Source: Hemiscyllium ocellatum
Taxonomy: Eukaryota
DNA: 64,000 nucleotides
Direction of reading: 5' to 3'
Assembly (NCBI RefSeq): GCF_020745735.1
Contig: NC_083409.1
Coordinates: 17,050,619 to 17,114,618, forward strand
The translations under genes and the position numbers were made by a program. Positions 36,530-49,773 of the stretch are shown here, in pieces. The notes beneath the pieces were generated by a model. The model was not told the origin of the DNA. It made no database searches and saw only the letters and a program-made list of their open reading frames with translations. Numbering within the stretch: position 1 is the stretch's first letter; every line of letters begins with the position of its first letter.

Positions 36530-37030
36530 GCCTTCACCATCATTCCATACATGTGTGAAAAAGTTGCCCCTGAGGTAACTTTTAAATTTTTCCTTTCTTA
36601 CCTATGGTCTCTAGTTTTTGACTCCGCTATCCTGGAAAAAAAGATCATGGCTATTTACCCTATCCATGCCCCTCATGATTTTATAAACTTTTAAGGTTAC
36701 CCTTCAGCCTCTCCCTATAGCTCAAACCTTCAACCCTCGCAACATCCTTGTAAACCTTTACTGAATCCTTTCAAGTTTGACAACACACCAGCACTGAATG
36801 CATTATTCCAAAAGTGGCCTCACCAATGTCCTGTACAACCATAACATGACATCCCAACTCTTATACTTAATGCACTGACCAATAAATGCAAGCACACCAA
36901 ACGGTTTCTTCACGACCCTGTCTGACTGAAACTCCGTCTTCAAGGAACTAGGAACCTGCACCCCAAGGTCTCTTTGTTCAGCAACACTGCCCAGGACCTT
37001 CCCATTAAGTCCTGCCCTGATTTGCCTTAC
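36530..37030 (-). mobile_element. CR1-like fragment
   Basis: LGSVAEQRDLGVQVPSSLK...LVRPLLE. Confidence 0.88.
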
Positions 37031-37129
37031 CAAAATGCAGTACCTCACATTTATTGAAATCAATTAGATCAGAAAAAAACACCAGTAGTTTAGCACATCA
37101 TCCCTATCTAATTATTTATTAAATATGCT

Positions 37130-37650
37130 AAACCTGAATCAAACCTTGCTGAAACCACACTTGGATACTGTGTGCAGGCTGATCATCATACTATAAATAG
37201 AAAAAGGAGAAACTGAAGTGGGTACACAGACAAGATTGACAAGGTTGGTCACAGGAATGTGTGGGTTCACATCTCAGGAAAGGGTTGACAGGCTATGTCT
37301 CTTTTCTCTGAAAGAAGGACAAACAGGGACATAATAGAGGTCTTTAAAATGTTGACAGGGTTCAGCAGACTGGATACAGACAGAATGTTTCCTTTCACAG
37401 GGAAGAGCTACCTTGAGGTCACAAAGTATTCACCAAGAAATCCATCAGGGAGATATGGAAGTTCTGCAGAATTGGATTACAGCAATGAAGACTGAACAGG
37501 GAGCAGTTGAATCAAATATGATACGGGTGTTTAAGGGGAGGATAGACAAGATTAGAGGGAGAAAGGAATAGAGGGTCAGGGTAATAGATGAGCAAGGGTG
37601 ACAGGATTCTCAAGTGGAGCAGTAACACTGATGTGAAGTGATTGGAACAA
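37130..37650 (+). mobile_element. CR1-like 3' fragment
   Basis: SLFSERRTNRDIIEVFKMLTGFSRLD. Confidence 0.7.
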
Positions 37651-37654
37651 ATCA

Positions 37655-37958
37655 TAGAATCCCTCAGTGTGGAAACAGGCCATTCAGCCCATTGAGTCCA
37701 TAATAACCCCTCGCACAGCAACCCACCCAAACTCACTCCCCTAAGCTATGAGTGTAACTTTGCATTTCCCATGGCTAATTCACCTCGCCTGCATATCGCT
37801 CGGCACTATGGGCAATTTAGCATGGCCAATCCACCTAACCTGCATATTTGCAGACATTGGGAGAATGTGCAAACTCCACACAGTCACCTGAAGGTAGAAT
37901 CGAACCCGGGTTCCTGGCACTGTGAGGCAGCAGTGCTTGCCATTGAGCCATGGTGCTG
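37655..37958 (-). mobile_element. HE1/V-SINE-like SINE
   Basis: Reverse complement of head, B box (gaatcgaacccggg) and tail. Confidence 0.8.
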
Positions 37959-38515
37959 CCCTAATAAGACCTGTTTATATCCTCTGTAGTGTACACAATT
38001 GTCTTCATAGGATAAAAAAGCTAACACAATGATGTCAAGCTGATAATTCCACCAGGAAAAACAATTCCTGCAACATTTGCATGTACCTCCAGTTTCCTAA
38101 CACACTCCACTGAAAGGCAAAGCAAGCTTTGCACGAGTGAAAATTTTCACAGTGCAATCCCATTCTGAGACTGTTACTCCAGGGCAATGGGTGTGAATAA
38201 AAAAGATGAGGGTAAGAAAAAAGCTCCCCTACTTGGAGAGCAGTAGCAGTGAGGCCGTATTGATGTTTTGCTGCCCCACTCGCAGGGTCAAACATGACAA
38301 CATCTCAGGTGGGATCATTAGAAACACCATTTGCAGCAAACACACTGCCTTTGAAAAGCACAGTGAAATGGACTTCCTATATTTATCTCTGCTCAGAGCC
38401 ACTCGGTCTCTCTCTTTCTCATCCTCTCCATAACATCACCAGCTGACAAATGAGCTGGTTGGCTTGCCAGTCTTTCACAGCAATATGCCTTATAAGAAGC
38501 CATAAGAGATATTAC

Positions 38516-38703
38516 TTTTCATCCACATGACTGCGCATCTTCTGTTTTTGCATGATGTTGCTGGTCTCGCTGCCTGAATTCGAAACAGAGGAGGGACTCC
38601 ACGTCTCCGTATCTGTTTCCAGGAGAGTGGAAGTGGGGCTCACTTTGGAAACATTCTGCACTTCTGGTTGTTCTGCATTCCGCTGCTCCTGTCGAGTTGG
38701 AAC
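38516..38703 (-). CDS. CEP350: CEP350-like exon (...ETWSPSSVSNSGSETSNIMQKQKMRSHVDEK)
   Basis: Matches ETRSPSPISISSSETSSIMQKLKKMRSRMDEK; phase 0 to 2, AG/GT. Confidence 0.9.
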
Positions 38704-39546
38704 CTGAGAATATACCAAGATGGACGCATGGAAAGTTACGTTTGCTCCTAAATGGAAACAGCTCCAGAATTAGTGAAACACAGATGAGATTCAAAGACAG
38801 GTTTCTGCAACTAAGCAACATCATTTCCTTTCAGGAGGCAGAGTGTTTCATTAGTTTTGAATTAATTGAGCTTTGAATTAATTGAACATTTTAAAAGTGA
38901 GTTTGATTTTTTTTGTTTGTTGGGAATGTTTATTCAGGGAAACAGATTAAGGGAGGGAGATGTAGATCAATTATAATAGAAGCAAGTGCAAACAGATGAG
39001 TGGCTCAACAACCTAGTCCCATTCCTATGCACATGATCAAGTGCAAAAATGTTTTGACCCCTTTGTAGGATATGCTGATAACAGGTCGGAGCCAGATTGC
39101 AGGGAGGGAAAGAACAGAAGCACAGATACATTGGGCTGAAAGCTCCATTTCTTGTGCTGTCACTTCTACAGAATGCAGAACAAAACACGATATCGATGAA
39201 TACAAAGGATGGTATTCTCGGCAGCAGCAGGTATTCCTGGTATTTTAGGTTGCAGAGTTTTGGCCTCTACATAAGGGAACATGTGAACATGTTATCAACT
39301 TAATAAAGGTACCGAGGCTTAAGTTGATGTTTCTCAGTGGCAGACAAACCATTCTTACATCTTTTCTGTAAAATATTAAAAGTTTTATTTATATTGTAAT
39401 GATAATATAGACTAGAAACCTGGCTGATAGCAAGTTTGGATTGAAATTGATCACCCATCATTCATGCTGCAGAGTAAGTAATTCCTTACTTTAATAGTAA
39501 CCTTGAATTGATCAGTTCAGATGTTTGCAAATGGTGGGATACTAAC

Positions 39547-39693
39547 CAACTTGCTCTCCCCAACTGATTTGAGCCTCTCCTGAATTTCCCTGGTGGACTG
39601 GAGCATGTGTTGAATCTCCTCCTGCTGTTTCAGGATCAGCTGCCTCTCCCTGTGAGCAGCCTTGTTGGCTTTTTGAAGATGCCTGATTTCAGC
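39547..39693 (-). CDS. CEP350: CEP350-like exon (AEIRHLQKANKAAHRERQLILKQQEEI...LKSVGESKL)
   Basis: 147 nt, phase 0 to 0; matches AEIKRLQEANKAARKERQLILKQQEEI...LKSAGESKL. Confidence 0.94.
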
Positions 39694-40765
39694 CTGTGGT
39701 GAAATTGTATACAATGTATTACCATGTTAGAGACCAACCAAACCCGTCTTTACGTCGTCAATAAATTTATTTTGACGACAAACTACAGACAAAAATGAAG
39801 TCAGGGCACGCAACTCCATAACCCATTAAGTTCTAAGTTGCACAGTTTCCAGGTGGCACTGTGCAACTTTTACAACTTATAATGCTTGTTCTTGATGAAA
39901 ACTTTGTGGGTTTTTTCGACAAAATGTATTGTCAACACGAACTCAAACAGTCAAGTACTCCAGGTGGAAAATTATCATGAAAGAGTTACTCACGTTCTTT
40001 TTCAACAGCTGATGCCTAACTTTGAGTGAGCATTTCTGATTTTATTTCAGGAGGTTGCTTCCTGGCCTGTGGTGAGTTAACCTGAGTTCTCAAACCTGAA
40101 AAACTGTCCTCAGCTGCCAAGTACTTTGCAGAAGAGAAAGATGATGAATAGGCAGATTTCCACTCACGAGAATTGCGTATTAGCTCTTGCTGCTGGGCAA
40201 GTTGGAAAGTGTGCCTGGGTTGAGTGAGTGCAGAATCTGACAAATCTGTAGTGAGTCCAACAGCAAATAACGTAACATTCCAAGTCTGTGTGATACTGCC
40301 TGACACTGCGTGATTGGCAACACCTCTGCCAACAAAAATCAGCAACTTGTTGAGACCATCACTATATTTTTCTCATTTTTGGTTTGGAACTGTGAGCTGA
40401 AGTTGAGAATTGAACTTTGAAAAGCAACTTGTTTTTAAACAAAAAAAGGGGAGAACAAAGATAGATGTCTGCTGGCCTGGAGAGACAATGCAGATTAATT
40501 ACTGGCCGAAGAACACTCCAGATGTTTCAGCCCCAGGGTGCTGCCGTGGGCATTGCCAGTAGAAAAACTGCATTCAGAAACACCATGGCATGGAAATCTG
40601 TCCCTAGGCCGAGCATATACATTACATTCAGTAGCATTTGTTATTGGCATTTCAAGGAAAAACTGGATCACCATTAATAAAAGGTTTGAAATCAAATCGG
40701 AACCTTGGGGAAACATGCTCATTCATGAAGTATGAACATTTTCCCTGGCATTCAGTGGGTCATAC

Positions 40766-40853
40766 CTGCTCCTGCTGCAGCCTGAGCAGAAGCCCACGCT
40801 GCCTCCTACGGATGGATGGCATCTTATCATCTTCTCCATTGTCTCGAAGGCAT
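40766..40853 (-). CDS. CEP350: CEP350-like exon (CLRDNGEDDKMPSIRRRQRGLLLRLQQEQ)
   Basis: 88 nt, phase 2 to 0; matches HLRDKGEDDKMPPLRKKQRGLLLRLQQEK. Confidence 0.93.
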
Positions 40854-40879
40854 CTGGTTAGAGGACATGGCAAAGTCAC

Positions 40880-42830
40880 ATGAACATAGAACAAAGAGCA
40901 TTACAGCACACTACAGGCACTTTGGCCATCAATGTTGCACTGACCTGTAGAACCAATTTGAAGCCCATCTATCCTCCACTATTCCATTTTCATCCATATG
41001 TTTATCCAATGAGCATGTAAATGCCCTTAAAGTTGATGAGTCCACTACTGTTGCAGGCAGTGTGTTCCACACCACTACCACTCTGACTAAAGAAATTACC
41101 TCTGACATCTGTACATCCTCCTGCAATTTAAAGCTATGTCCCCTTGTGCTAGCCATCACCATTTGGGAAAAAAGGCTCTCTCTGTCCACCCTATCTAACC
41201 CTCTGATTATCTTATATGTCACAATTAAATCACCTCTCAATCTTCTTCTCTCTAATGAAAACAGCCGTAAGTCCCTCAGCCTTTCCTCATAAGACCTTCC
41301 CTCCATACCAGGTAACATCCTTGTAAATCTCCTCTGAACCCTTTCTAAAGCTTCCACATCCTTTCTATAATGCAGTGACTAGAACTGTACACAGTACTCC
41401 AAGTATGGCCACACCAGAGTTTTGTACAGCTGCAACATGTCCTTGTGGCTCTGAAACTCAATCCCTCTACCAATAAAAGCTAATACACCGTATGCCTTCG
41501 GAACAACCCTATCAAGCTGGGTGGCAACTTTCAAGGACCTATACATGGACACCGAGACCTCTCTGCTCATCTACACTACCAAGAATCTTACCATTAGCCC
41601 AGTATTCCTTATTCCTGTTGCTCCTTCCTAACCTCAGACTTTTCTGCATTAAACTCCATTTGCCACTTCTCAGCCCAGCTCTGCAGCTTATCTATATCCT
41701 TCTGTAACCTGCAACACCCTTCAGCACTATACACAACTCCACTGACCTTCTGTCATCTGCAAATTTACTCACCCATCATTCTATGCCCTCATCTGAGTCA
41801 AAAATGACAAACAGCAGTGCACCCAAAATAGATCCTTGCGTTACATCACTCGTTATTGAACTCCAGGATGAACATTTCTCATTAGCTACTACACTCTGTC
41901 TTCTTTCAGCGAGCCAATTTCTGATCCAAACAGTTAAATCACCCTCACTCCCATGCCTCTGTATTTTGTGCAATAGCCTACAGTGGGAAATTTATCAAAT
42001 GCCTTACTGAAATCCATATACACCACATCAACTGCTTTACCCTCATCCATCTGTTTGGTCACTTTCTCAAAAGAACTCAATAGGGTTTGTGAGACACGAC
42101 CTACCCTTCACAAAAATGTGTTGACTATCCCTAATCAACATATTCCCTTCTTGATGATTATAAATCCTACCTCTTATAACCTTTTCCAACATCTTACCCA
42201 GAACCGAATGAGGCTCACTCGTCTATAATACCAGGGTTGTTTTTACTCCCCTTCTCAAACAAGGGGACAACATTTGTTATCCTCCAGTCTTCTAGCACTG
42301 TTCCTGTAGACAACGACGACATATAGATCAAAGGTCAAGGTTCTGCAATCTCCTCCCTGGCTTCTCAGAAAATCCTCGGATTAATCCCATCTGGCCCAGG
42401 GGACTTATCTATTTTCACACTTTCTCGAATTGCTAACACCTCCTCGTCAACCTCAATCCCATCTAGTCTAATAGCCTGCATCGCAGTATTCTCCTTGACA
42501 ACACTGTCTTTTTCCAGTGTAAAAATGAACAAAAAATATTCTTTAAGTGCTTCCCCATCTCCACGGACTCCATGCCCAACATCCCACAACTATCCTTGAT
42601 TGGCCCTAATCTTTCTCATCATTCTTTTCTTCCTGATATACTTATAGAAAACTTGATGGTTTTCCTTGATCCTATCTGCCAGTGATTTCTCATGTCCCTT
42701 CTTAGCTCTCTCTTTTGGTCTTTCCTGGCTAACCCGTAACTCTCAAGCACTCTGACTGAGCTTTACATCTCATCCTAACATAAGTTTTCTTCATTCTCTT
42801 GACAAGAGATTCAACTTCTTTAGTAAGCCA
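40880..42830 (-). mobile_element. Longest CR1-like LINE remnant in the window (ORF2 RT to 3' end)
   Basis: KSPGPDGINPRI, VTQGSILGALLFVIF, ALERVQRRFTRMLPG motifs and (GAACATA)n tail. Confidence 0.92.
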
Positions 42831-44316
42831 CAGTTCCCTACACATGGTATAATGATGCTCAAATTTACAGACAAACTTGGATAAATCTGCCCAAGTAGAT
42901 CTCACAGTGTCACCACTGCTGAATTAGCAACTAAACCAGAAAGAGAATGATCAGGGTTTAAGATTTTGTTTAGCAGCAAAGTCTTCTTAATATTTTATAA
43001 CTGCAATGCCCCTCCATGCTTGTCATACTCAATTTGAAGAAATTTTATTTCAACAAGACAGTGTTTATGCTCACAAAATTAAAAAGGATATTTTGAAAGA
43101 AAATCTGGAAATAAAAGGTTGGTGTCAGTAAAAATGTCCACAAAGATGTTGAGCAGCCGGAAAAACCCAAATAATTCACGGACGGACTTTGAAGGAAATC
43201 TTTTGCCCACAACTAATATGGCATACGTGACTACAGTATTACGGCAGCATGGATGCATGCATACCATACTGACCAAGCATTGACCATCTCTTGCAATCGT
43301 TTTGATATGAAGTGGTATTATCATGACTGCTTCCCTCACAATTATCACATTAGAGTTACCCTCGACCTGAAACTGAAGTGGATCAGCTATACAATACTGG
43401 GTCAACAAAACCAGGTCAGAAGCTGAAAATTCTTCACTAAGTAACTTACTTTCTGTCTCCCCAGTACATGCCCAAGATGCATAACACCAAATAGGATGTA
43501 GCAACCTGCTACAGTGAGAGCTTTGTGCACTATATGATGCACTGCAGAAACTCACTCAATTCCTTCAATAGCATCTTCAAAGCCTGTGACCTCTACCATC
43601 TAAAAGGACACAGACAGTAGATAACATGGTAACACCATTACTTGTAAGCTCCTCTGCAAGCCACACACCGTCCTGACTTAGGAATACATCATTCCTTCAC
43701 TGCTATAGGATCAAAATCCCAGGTACTCCTTTCCTGTCAGCATTGTGGTTGTACCTGTAGCAGGTGAACTGCAGATGTTTGAGGAAATGACTCACTATCA
43801 CCTTCCCAAGTGCAATGAAGGATGGACAACAATACTGGCCTTACCAGCAGCGAAGAAGTCTATTGAAATTATTTGTTTAAAATCCTGACCCGTGGGTGAG
43901 GACAACAGTCTTGCAACAATCTATTCCAGAGCCTTGAACTCCAAACCTAACAGCACTTGCGAGTTGATACGTTTATATTGACTAAGCAGACTGCAGTGGC
44001 TCAAGGCAGCTCAACACCATGACCATTTCGAGAATGAGGGATAGTAAATAAATACCAGCATTACCGCAACATCCCAAGTTCAAAGAACAAACTTAAAAAT
44101 TTGAAAAAAAAATCAAAATTGGCTTCATTCTACTCAATCCAAACAGTGATAAGGGGAAAGATGACGTGAATACCTAGCTTCTGCACAACAGCCTCACTGC
44201 AATGAGAAAAGACACTAGCTTCTCCGGAAAGGATTACTGGAAGGATCTGCACATTCTTACATTGCATTTTTGAAAGGCTATTCAGCTTACCATCACTGCA
44301 TAGGTCAGTCACTCAC

Positions 44317-44504
44317 TTTTTCTGGTGCTCCAACCAGGCCAGCTCTGCTTTGGTCTTTTCCTTCATGGCTTGTTCTCTCAGTTTGAGGAGTGACACCTGG
44401 TGCTGTGCACGCATCTCCTCCTCCTCCACGTATTGTCGCACCATCTCCATGGTGAATTTACAGAGACTGTCTTGACCTCCAGAGAAGGACATGCTGAAAT
44501 CATG
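44317..44504 (-). CDS. CEP350: CEP350-like exon (FSGGQDSLCKFTMEMVRQY...KEKTKAELAWLEHQKK)
   Basis: Near-identical to human FSGGQDSFSKFTMEMVRQYMKEEEMRA...KEKTKAELAWLEHQKK; AA|gtgagt donor. Confidence 0.95.
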
Positions 44505-45311
44505 CTGACAGTGAAAGACAGGAGGACAAACAGTACAGAGTGAGGTGATCTGCTTCCCCTGACCCAAGCAAAACTTGTCCTGTAATCCACAAAACCTCAG
44601 GACTGAGTGCAGACAACAACAACAATCAAAAGTAGTTGGAGCATCATCAGATATGCCAAACATGCTGCATCACAAGTGATCCCATCAAACTATCCCAATA
44701 TTTATCAGGATGAGTAAATGCTGACTGTCTCATTTCATCATCTGTGAAACACATTAAGACTGGCAAAGTCCCTCATACTGATAATTTTCTGGTCAGGACT
44801 CCAGTTACTAATTTGCTGCCAGGTTCTGATAAATAACCAAAAACAGAATAGGAGTTGCACATACAGAGAATAAGGGTGTCATGGTTACATCAACATTAGC
44901 CAGGAGGTGGCTATTTAGCTTCTTGAGCCTATTCCACCATTCACCCAAATCATGGTAATCTTCAACATCATGACAAATCCCTGTCTTTGTCCCATAATCC
45001 TTCAGCATTTTGGTTAAAAATCTACCAATCTCAGATTTAAAATTTGTAACTGATTTCAAATCAATCACTGTTTGTGGAAGGGAGTTTCAAACTTCATCCA
45101 TTTCTGTGTGTAAAAGTGTTCCACAATATCACACCTCAATGTTCTGACTCTAACATGTTATCTATTTAATCTCTCTTCTTAAATTAAGCCTCAGAGCCCA
45201 AGTATCACTTCAGTAAGTCTACATTGCACTTCCACTAAGAGTGATACTCTTCTTAAGCCATGGTGCCCAGCCCTGACGGATTGGTCTGACTCGGTTTTGA
45301 ATTGCTGAAGA

Positions 45312-45500
45312 GGAGAAAGTGAGGTCTGCAGATGCTGGAGATCAGAGCTGAAAATGTGTTGCTGGAAAAGCGCAGCAGGTCAGGCAGCATCCAAGGAACA
45401 GGAAATTCTGATGAAGGGCTTATGCCCGAAACGTCGAATTTCCTGTTCCTTGCACGCTGCCTGACCTGCTGCGCTTTTCCAGCAACACATTTTCAGCTTT
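45312..45500. mobile_element. Palindromic non-autonomous element with a plus-strand hammerhead core (45408-45435)
   Basis: About 70-bp inverted arms (aaaatgtgttgctggaaaagcgcagcaggtcaggcagc / gctgcctgacctgctgcgcttttccagcaacacatttt) around CTGATGA-A-GGGC-TTAT-GCCC-GAAACGTC. Confidence 0.85.
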
Positions 45501-46417
45501 GAATTGCTGAAGCATGACTTCTAATCCTTTGCTTTTGCAACTTCTTTGGATATAAATGTCAACATTCCACTGATCCTTGTTCACTGTTTTGAGCCTGTTT
45601 GTGACATTTTCATGAACTACATACAGCTGGATCACCCCCATCAAGTTTCTTTGAACTCCACTGTCTCTCGATTTTCACAATCAAGAAATATCCTATCTTG
45701 ATCCAACCTCTCACTTGCTGACACAAACTCATCTGTAGATTTTTCATTTACTTCATCTATCAAGATTGTTTTCTTATTTTATGCTTTCATCTACCTACAC
45801 TCGAGATCGCTGCTAATCTGGAGAGAGGCCCCAAGTTTTGAATGTGGCTTTCCTTTCATCATGAATAGCGAATAGTTAGGGCACCGACATAGATCCATGC
45901 AAGATATCACTAACCATATCCTTCCAATTAGAATATCTCTTATTATCTGCACAAATGTCTCTTGTTCAAATCAAATTCCTCTGCAAGCGCCACTTGTCTT
46001 TTGCATCTTATTACCACCTTTAATGGACAGTAGAAAGTTGTAAATTCAGGGATATTCTTAGCAGTCAAATTTAGCTTGTGTTTACCAGACGAGGTGAGCA
46101 AGGAATCCCAGTAAATATTAATCTTTGTCTTCACTGCATGGTAACTCGATCACAAAGATTAACAATGTAAAAGATTAATTCCTCTTCAATATTTATAAAC
46201 TCTGGGCACATTGTTAGTGAGTGGTAATTATCATTTGTAAAAAACAGCCCCTGCCCAACACTTCCCTTATACTCATTGACCCATCTGCTCCTCATCCTCT
46301 ACATCTGAGTCTCATAGCAAGATACCTAGAACATGGAGAGGAGCAACTATGCCAAGCACTGAGATCCCACAAACTGGCACCATCACTCACCCTTGGCTAA
46401 CCCATGGGAGAACTCAC

Positions 46418-46602
46418 TTTGACAGCTATTGAAGCCGATTGATCCTGCAGAATGTCCTCATCGGAATCATCCTGCTGCCTGTGTTTCTTCCCCATGTTAA
46501 AGCAGCAATGGCTCTTTGATGGCAGAAGGGGATAAAAGGATTGCTCTTCAATTTCATCCTCAGTCATTGACTCATCGAACTCAGTGGCAACAGAAGCAGA
46601 GT
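46418..46602 (-). CDS. CEP350: CEP350-like exon (DSASVATEFDESMTEDEIEEQSF...DDSDEDILQDQSASIAVK)
   Basis: Matches DSTSIATEYSLKFDESMTEDEIEEQSFRSLLPSESHRRFNME; YSLK is missing and RR is changed to CC. Confidence 0.93.
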
Positions 46603-47061
46603 CTGGAGAGACAATAAATGATTTACATTGTTCTTTGTTATTTTCCATTGTTCACTGAAAGATTTAGAACTTGAACATGAAGTTAAAGGCTGAGCTAGAA
46701 TCCTTGGATTAGTTTTCTGCCCAAGGAGCAGAGTTGGGTTACAATTATTGATTCAACACAACTGTTATGTTGAATCACACATTGTTTAAGGGGACATGTG
46801 GAAGTTTCCATCTGCACAACCACAGATCCAAGGGGAACACAAGGAAGTTGGATTGAATAGCTTGAGCACATGACTGAATAAAGGAATCTTGAAATAAATT
46901 AGTGCTCAACTTGTTACTATTTGACCCACATATCCTTTGGGTATGGAAGGAGTGCTTACATGACAGTTGATTTGAATCATCTAATTGAAGAGACACAAAT
47001 CCCCATTTAAGTCATGAGATCAGTGAAAGGACAAAACACCATTTCTGGTTAAAGAATTCGC

Positions 47062-47228
47062 CTTTCTCACCAGGTAATGAAGGCAGACTGTCACTGTGGA
47101 TCGAGTTGTCAGCTGTTGTTTGAACCACCTCTTCAATAGAGCTGTTTCCCTTTGTATGGTGGGAGGTTCTGCTTTTCTCCAAGAATGGTACGGATGGGCT
47201 GTCTTGTTTACTGCTGCCACTGCTGCCA
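47062..47228 (-). CDS. CEP350: CEP350-like exon (GSSGSSKQDSPSVP...SSIEEVVQTTADNSIHSDSLPSLPGEK) with damaged splice sites
   Basis: Matches SSGSSRQESPSVP...SSIDEQVQTAADDSLRSDSVPSLPDEK. The acceptor reads tttcta (no AG); the homologous donor reads GC. Confidence 0.88.
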
Positions 47229-47329
47229 TAGAAATGTCACAGATCAACACACATGCACAGATTTAGAACGCAAAAACAGAGTCTCGGTATTTGAGATTTA
47301 CATAGGCCTCCTTCTGTATCTCTCCACCT

Positions 47330-47930
47330 AAACCCATCAACATATTTTTTTTTCGATCACTTGTATTCCAGCTTCTTCTTGAATTCATCTGTTGTTTGCT
47401 TCAATTATTCCTGGTGGTTTAATTTTGACCTCAAACCTCTTTCTGGGTAAAGACCTTCCCCACCACCCCCACCTCCTCCCCAGCAAATTCCCTGTTGGAT
47501 GTAATAGTGACTACAATTGTATCCACAGCTCCAGTGGATAGTGTCATTCACAAGCAGAAATATCTTTTCTATGTCAACCCTATCAAACCCCGACATAACT
47601 TTAATGGCCTCGACCATGATACTCTTTTTCAACAAGACAAGACTGTCCAATCTTGCTTGATGGATTCAAATTCAGTTTTGATATAATTCCAGTAAATATT
47701 TTTAATATATTCCCTACTGCCTCTACATCCATATTACAATGGATCAGAACTGTTTGCAGTGCTCCAAGGGTGATCTGTTCATGGTTCTACACATATCTAA
47801 CACATCTCCATTCTGTAGCCCCAGAAATAAACCCATGCTCAACTTTTCTTTGTAACCTGATGAACCGGTATCATTTACTGCTAGTGACTCATTTTTATCA
47901 CCAAATTCCTCACCATCAACATTCTGGGGG
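47330..47930 (-). mobile_element. Degraded CR1-like 3' fragment
   Basis: IEAIKVMSGFDRVD-like remnant. Confidence 0.6.
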
Positions 47931-47939
47931 GTTACTATT

Positions 47940-48500
47940 GACTAGAAATTGAACTGGACTTGCCATCTGACTACTGTGGCTACAAGAGAAGGTCAGAGGC
48001 AATGAATCCTGCAAAAATAAACCACCTCCCGAATCCCTGAAGCCTGTCCACCATCTACAATCCTCAAGTCAGAAGTGCAATAGACTATTCGCCACTTGGC
48101 TTGGTTTGGGTGCAGCTCCAAGAACACTCAAGAAGCTTGACGTCAGCTGGAAAAAAGCAGACTGCATTCACTCCCTCCACCACTAATGCCCAGGGCAGCA
48201 GTGTGTACTATCGACAAGATACACTGCAGAAATTCATAACACTTCAATATGGATCGTACAAACCCATGACTAGTACCATCTCGAAGTCAAGGGAAGCAGA
48301 TTCATGGGAACACCGCCACCTACAGGTTCCCTTCCGAGCTACTACCATCTTGAGTTGAAAATCTTTCAGCTGTCCTTAAGTGTCATTGGGCCAAAATTCT
48401 GGAACTCCCTCCCAACAGCACGACCAGTCGGCCTACATGGACTGCAGTGATTCAAAAAGGGAGCTCACAGCCACCTTCTCAAGGGCATTAGAATTAGCCA
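47940..48500 (+). mobile_element. L2/CR1-group LINE 3' part
   Basis: Collinear with 26110-26820. Confidence 0.65.
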
Positions 48501-49179
48501 ATAAATGTTCGCACAGCCAGTGACATCCACATTCCATAAATTAATTCATTAATTAACGCTGCCTCCTTCCTTCCACAGCACCCCCATCCATATATCCCTG
48601 CGCTTCTCAAACACAAGGCCTTGAGTAGCATGTGGTAACCCACAAGGAGGCCGAAGCCACATTTAGGAATCTCTTGAGGCCCTGAGCCATGCTCAGCAAG
48701 GGGTGGTCCTGAATGAACAATAATCCCCAGCGATTCACTCACCGCAGGCAACAGTGAAACCATCAGTTGCCAACTTTTTCACAAAGAGGTTGAGTCGTAC
48801 ATAGAATGAACGGCCAGCGGAAGTGGGAGATGCAAGTACAGTTACAATATTCAAAAGGCATTTGGAGAGGGACACGAATAGGAAAGGTTGAGGAATATGG
48901 GTCAAATGCAGGCTAATTGGACTAGTTTAGTTTGGGAAATTTGGTTGGCATGGACGAGTTGGACCGAAGGGTCCGTTTCCATGTCGTATGACTCTGATTC
49001 CATTCCTTTCAGCCACAGTGGCATTTTGCAATTTCCCCAACGTATGGTGTAATTGAACAAGTCAATGGAGGTTTTTGGCACTAGGACCACAGTACTCTGT
49101 TGGGAAGGTGTTGAGTAGGAGTTGCAATTTAGTGGACATTTAATAAACAAAATACAGAAGAAATATATAAGGAAATTAC

Positions 49180-49345
49180 TGCAGATGATGGAATCTGTAC
49201 TGAAAAGAACAAATGCTGGAGCTCACAGCAGATGAGGCAGCGTCCATTGGGACTGAGCAAGCTAACATTGAGTCGAGATGACTCTATCAGAGCTCTGATG
49301 AGGAGTCATCTCGACTCAAAATGTTAGCTTGCTCTCTCCATGGAT
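49180..49345. mobile_element. Palindromic element with head-to-head hammerhead remnants
   Basis: Axis cagAGCTctg; right arm AGCT-CTGATGA-G-GAGTC-ATCTC-GACTC-AAAA-TG-TT-AGCT (G12 mutated to A). Confidence 0.75.
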
Positions 49346-49773
49346 TTTTAAAAATAATATGTTTATGGGATGAGGGTGTCACTGACTAGGCAGCATTTAT
49401 TGCCCATCCCTAACTGCCCAGAGGGCAGTTCAGAGTCAACCTCATTGCTGTGTGTCTGGAGTAGGCCAAACTAGGCAAGGATGGTAGTTTCCTACCTAAA
49501 TGATTTTAGTGAACCAGATGGGTTTTTCCCAACAATCGACCAAGGATTCATAGTCATTTGATTCTTAATTCCAGATATTTATTGAATTCAAATCGAACCC
49601 GGTTCTCCGGGATGTTATCTGGATCTCTGGATTAACAGTCCAGCAATAATACCACTGGGCCATCACCTCCCCACTGTGATCTCCAGGATTTGTTGTTTTC
49701 AGTACTCAAGAGATATGTTTTGGATTAATATTGTACTATGTAAAAGCATCCACAGCGAACATAAATAGCCCAC

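Noticed and set aside
43079-43555. 158-aa minus-strand ORF
   Set aside because: No splice context, homology or coding-like composition; it lies in a CEP350 intron between two exons that already join in frame.
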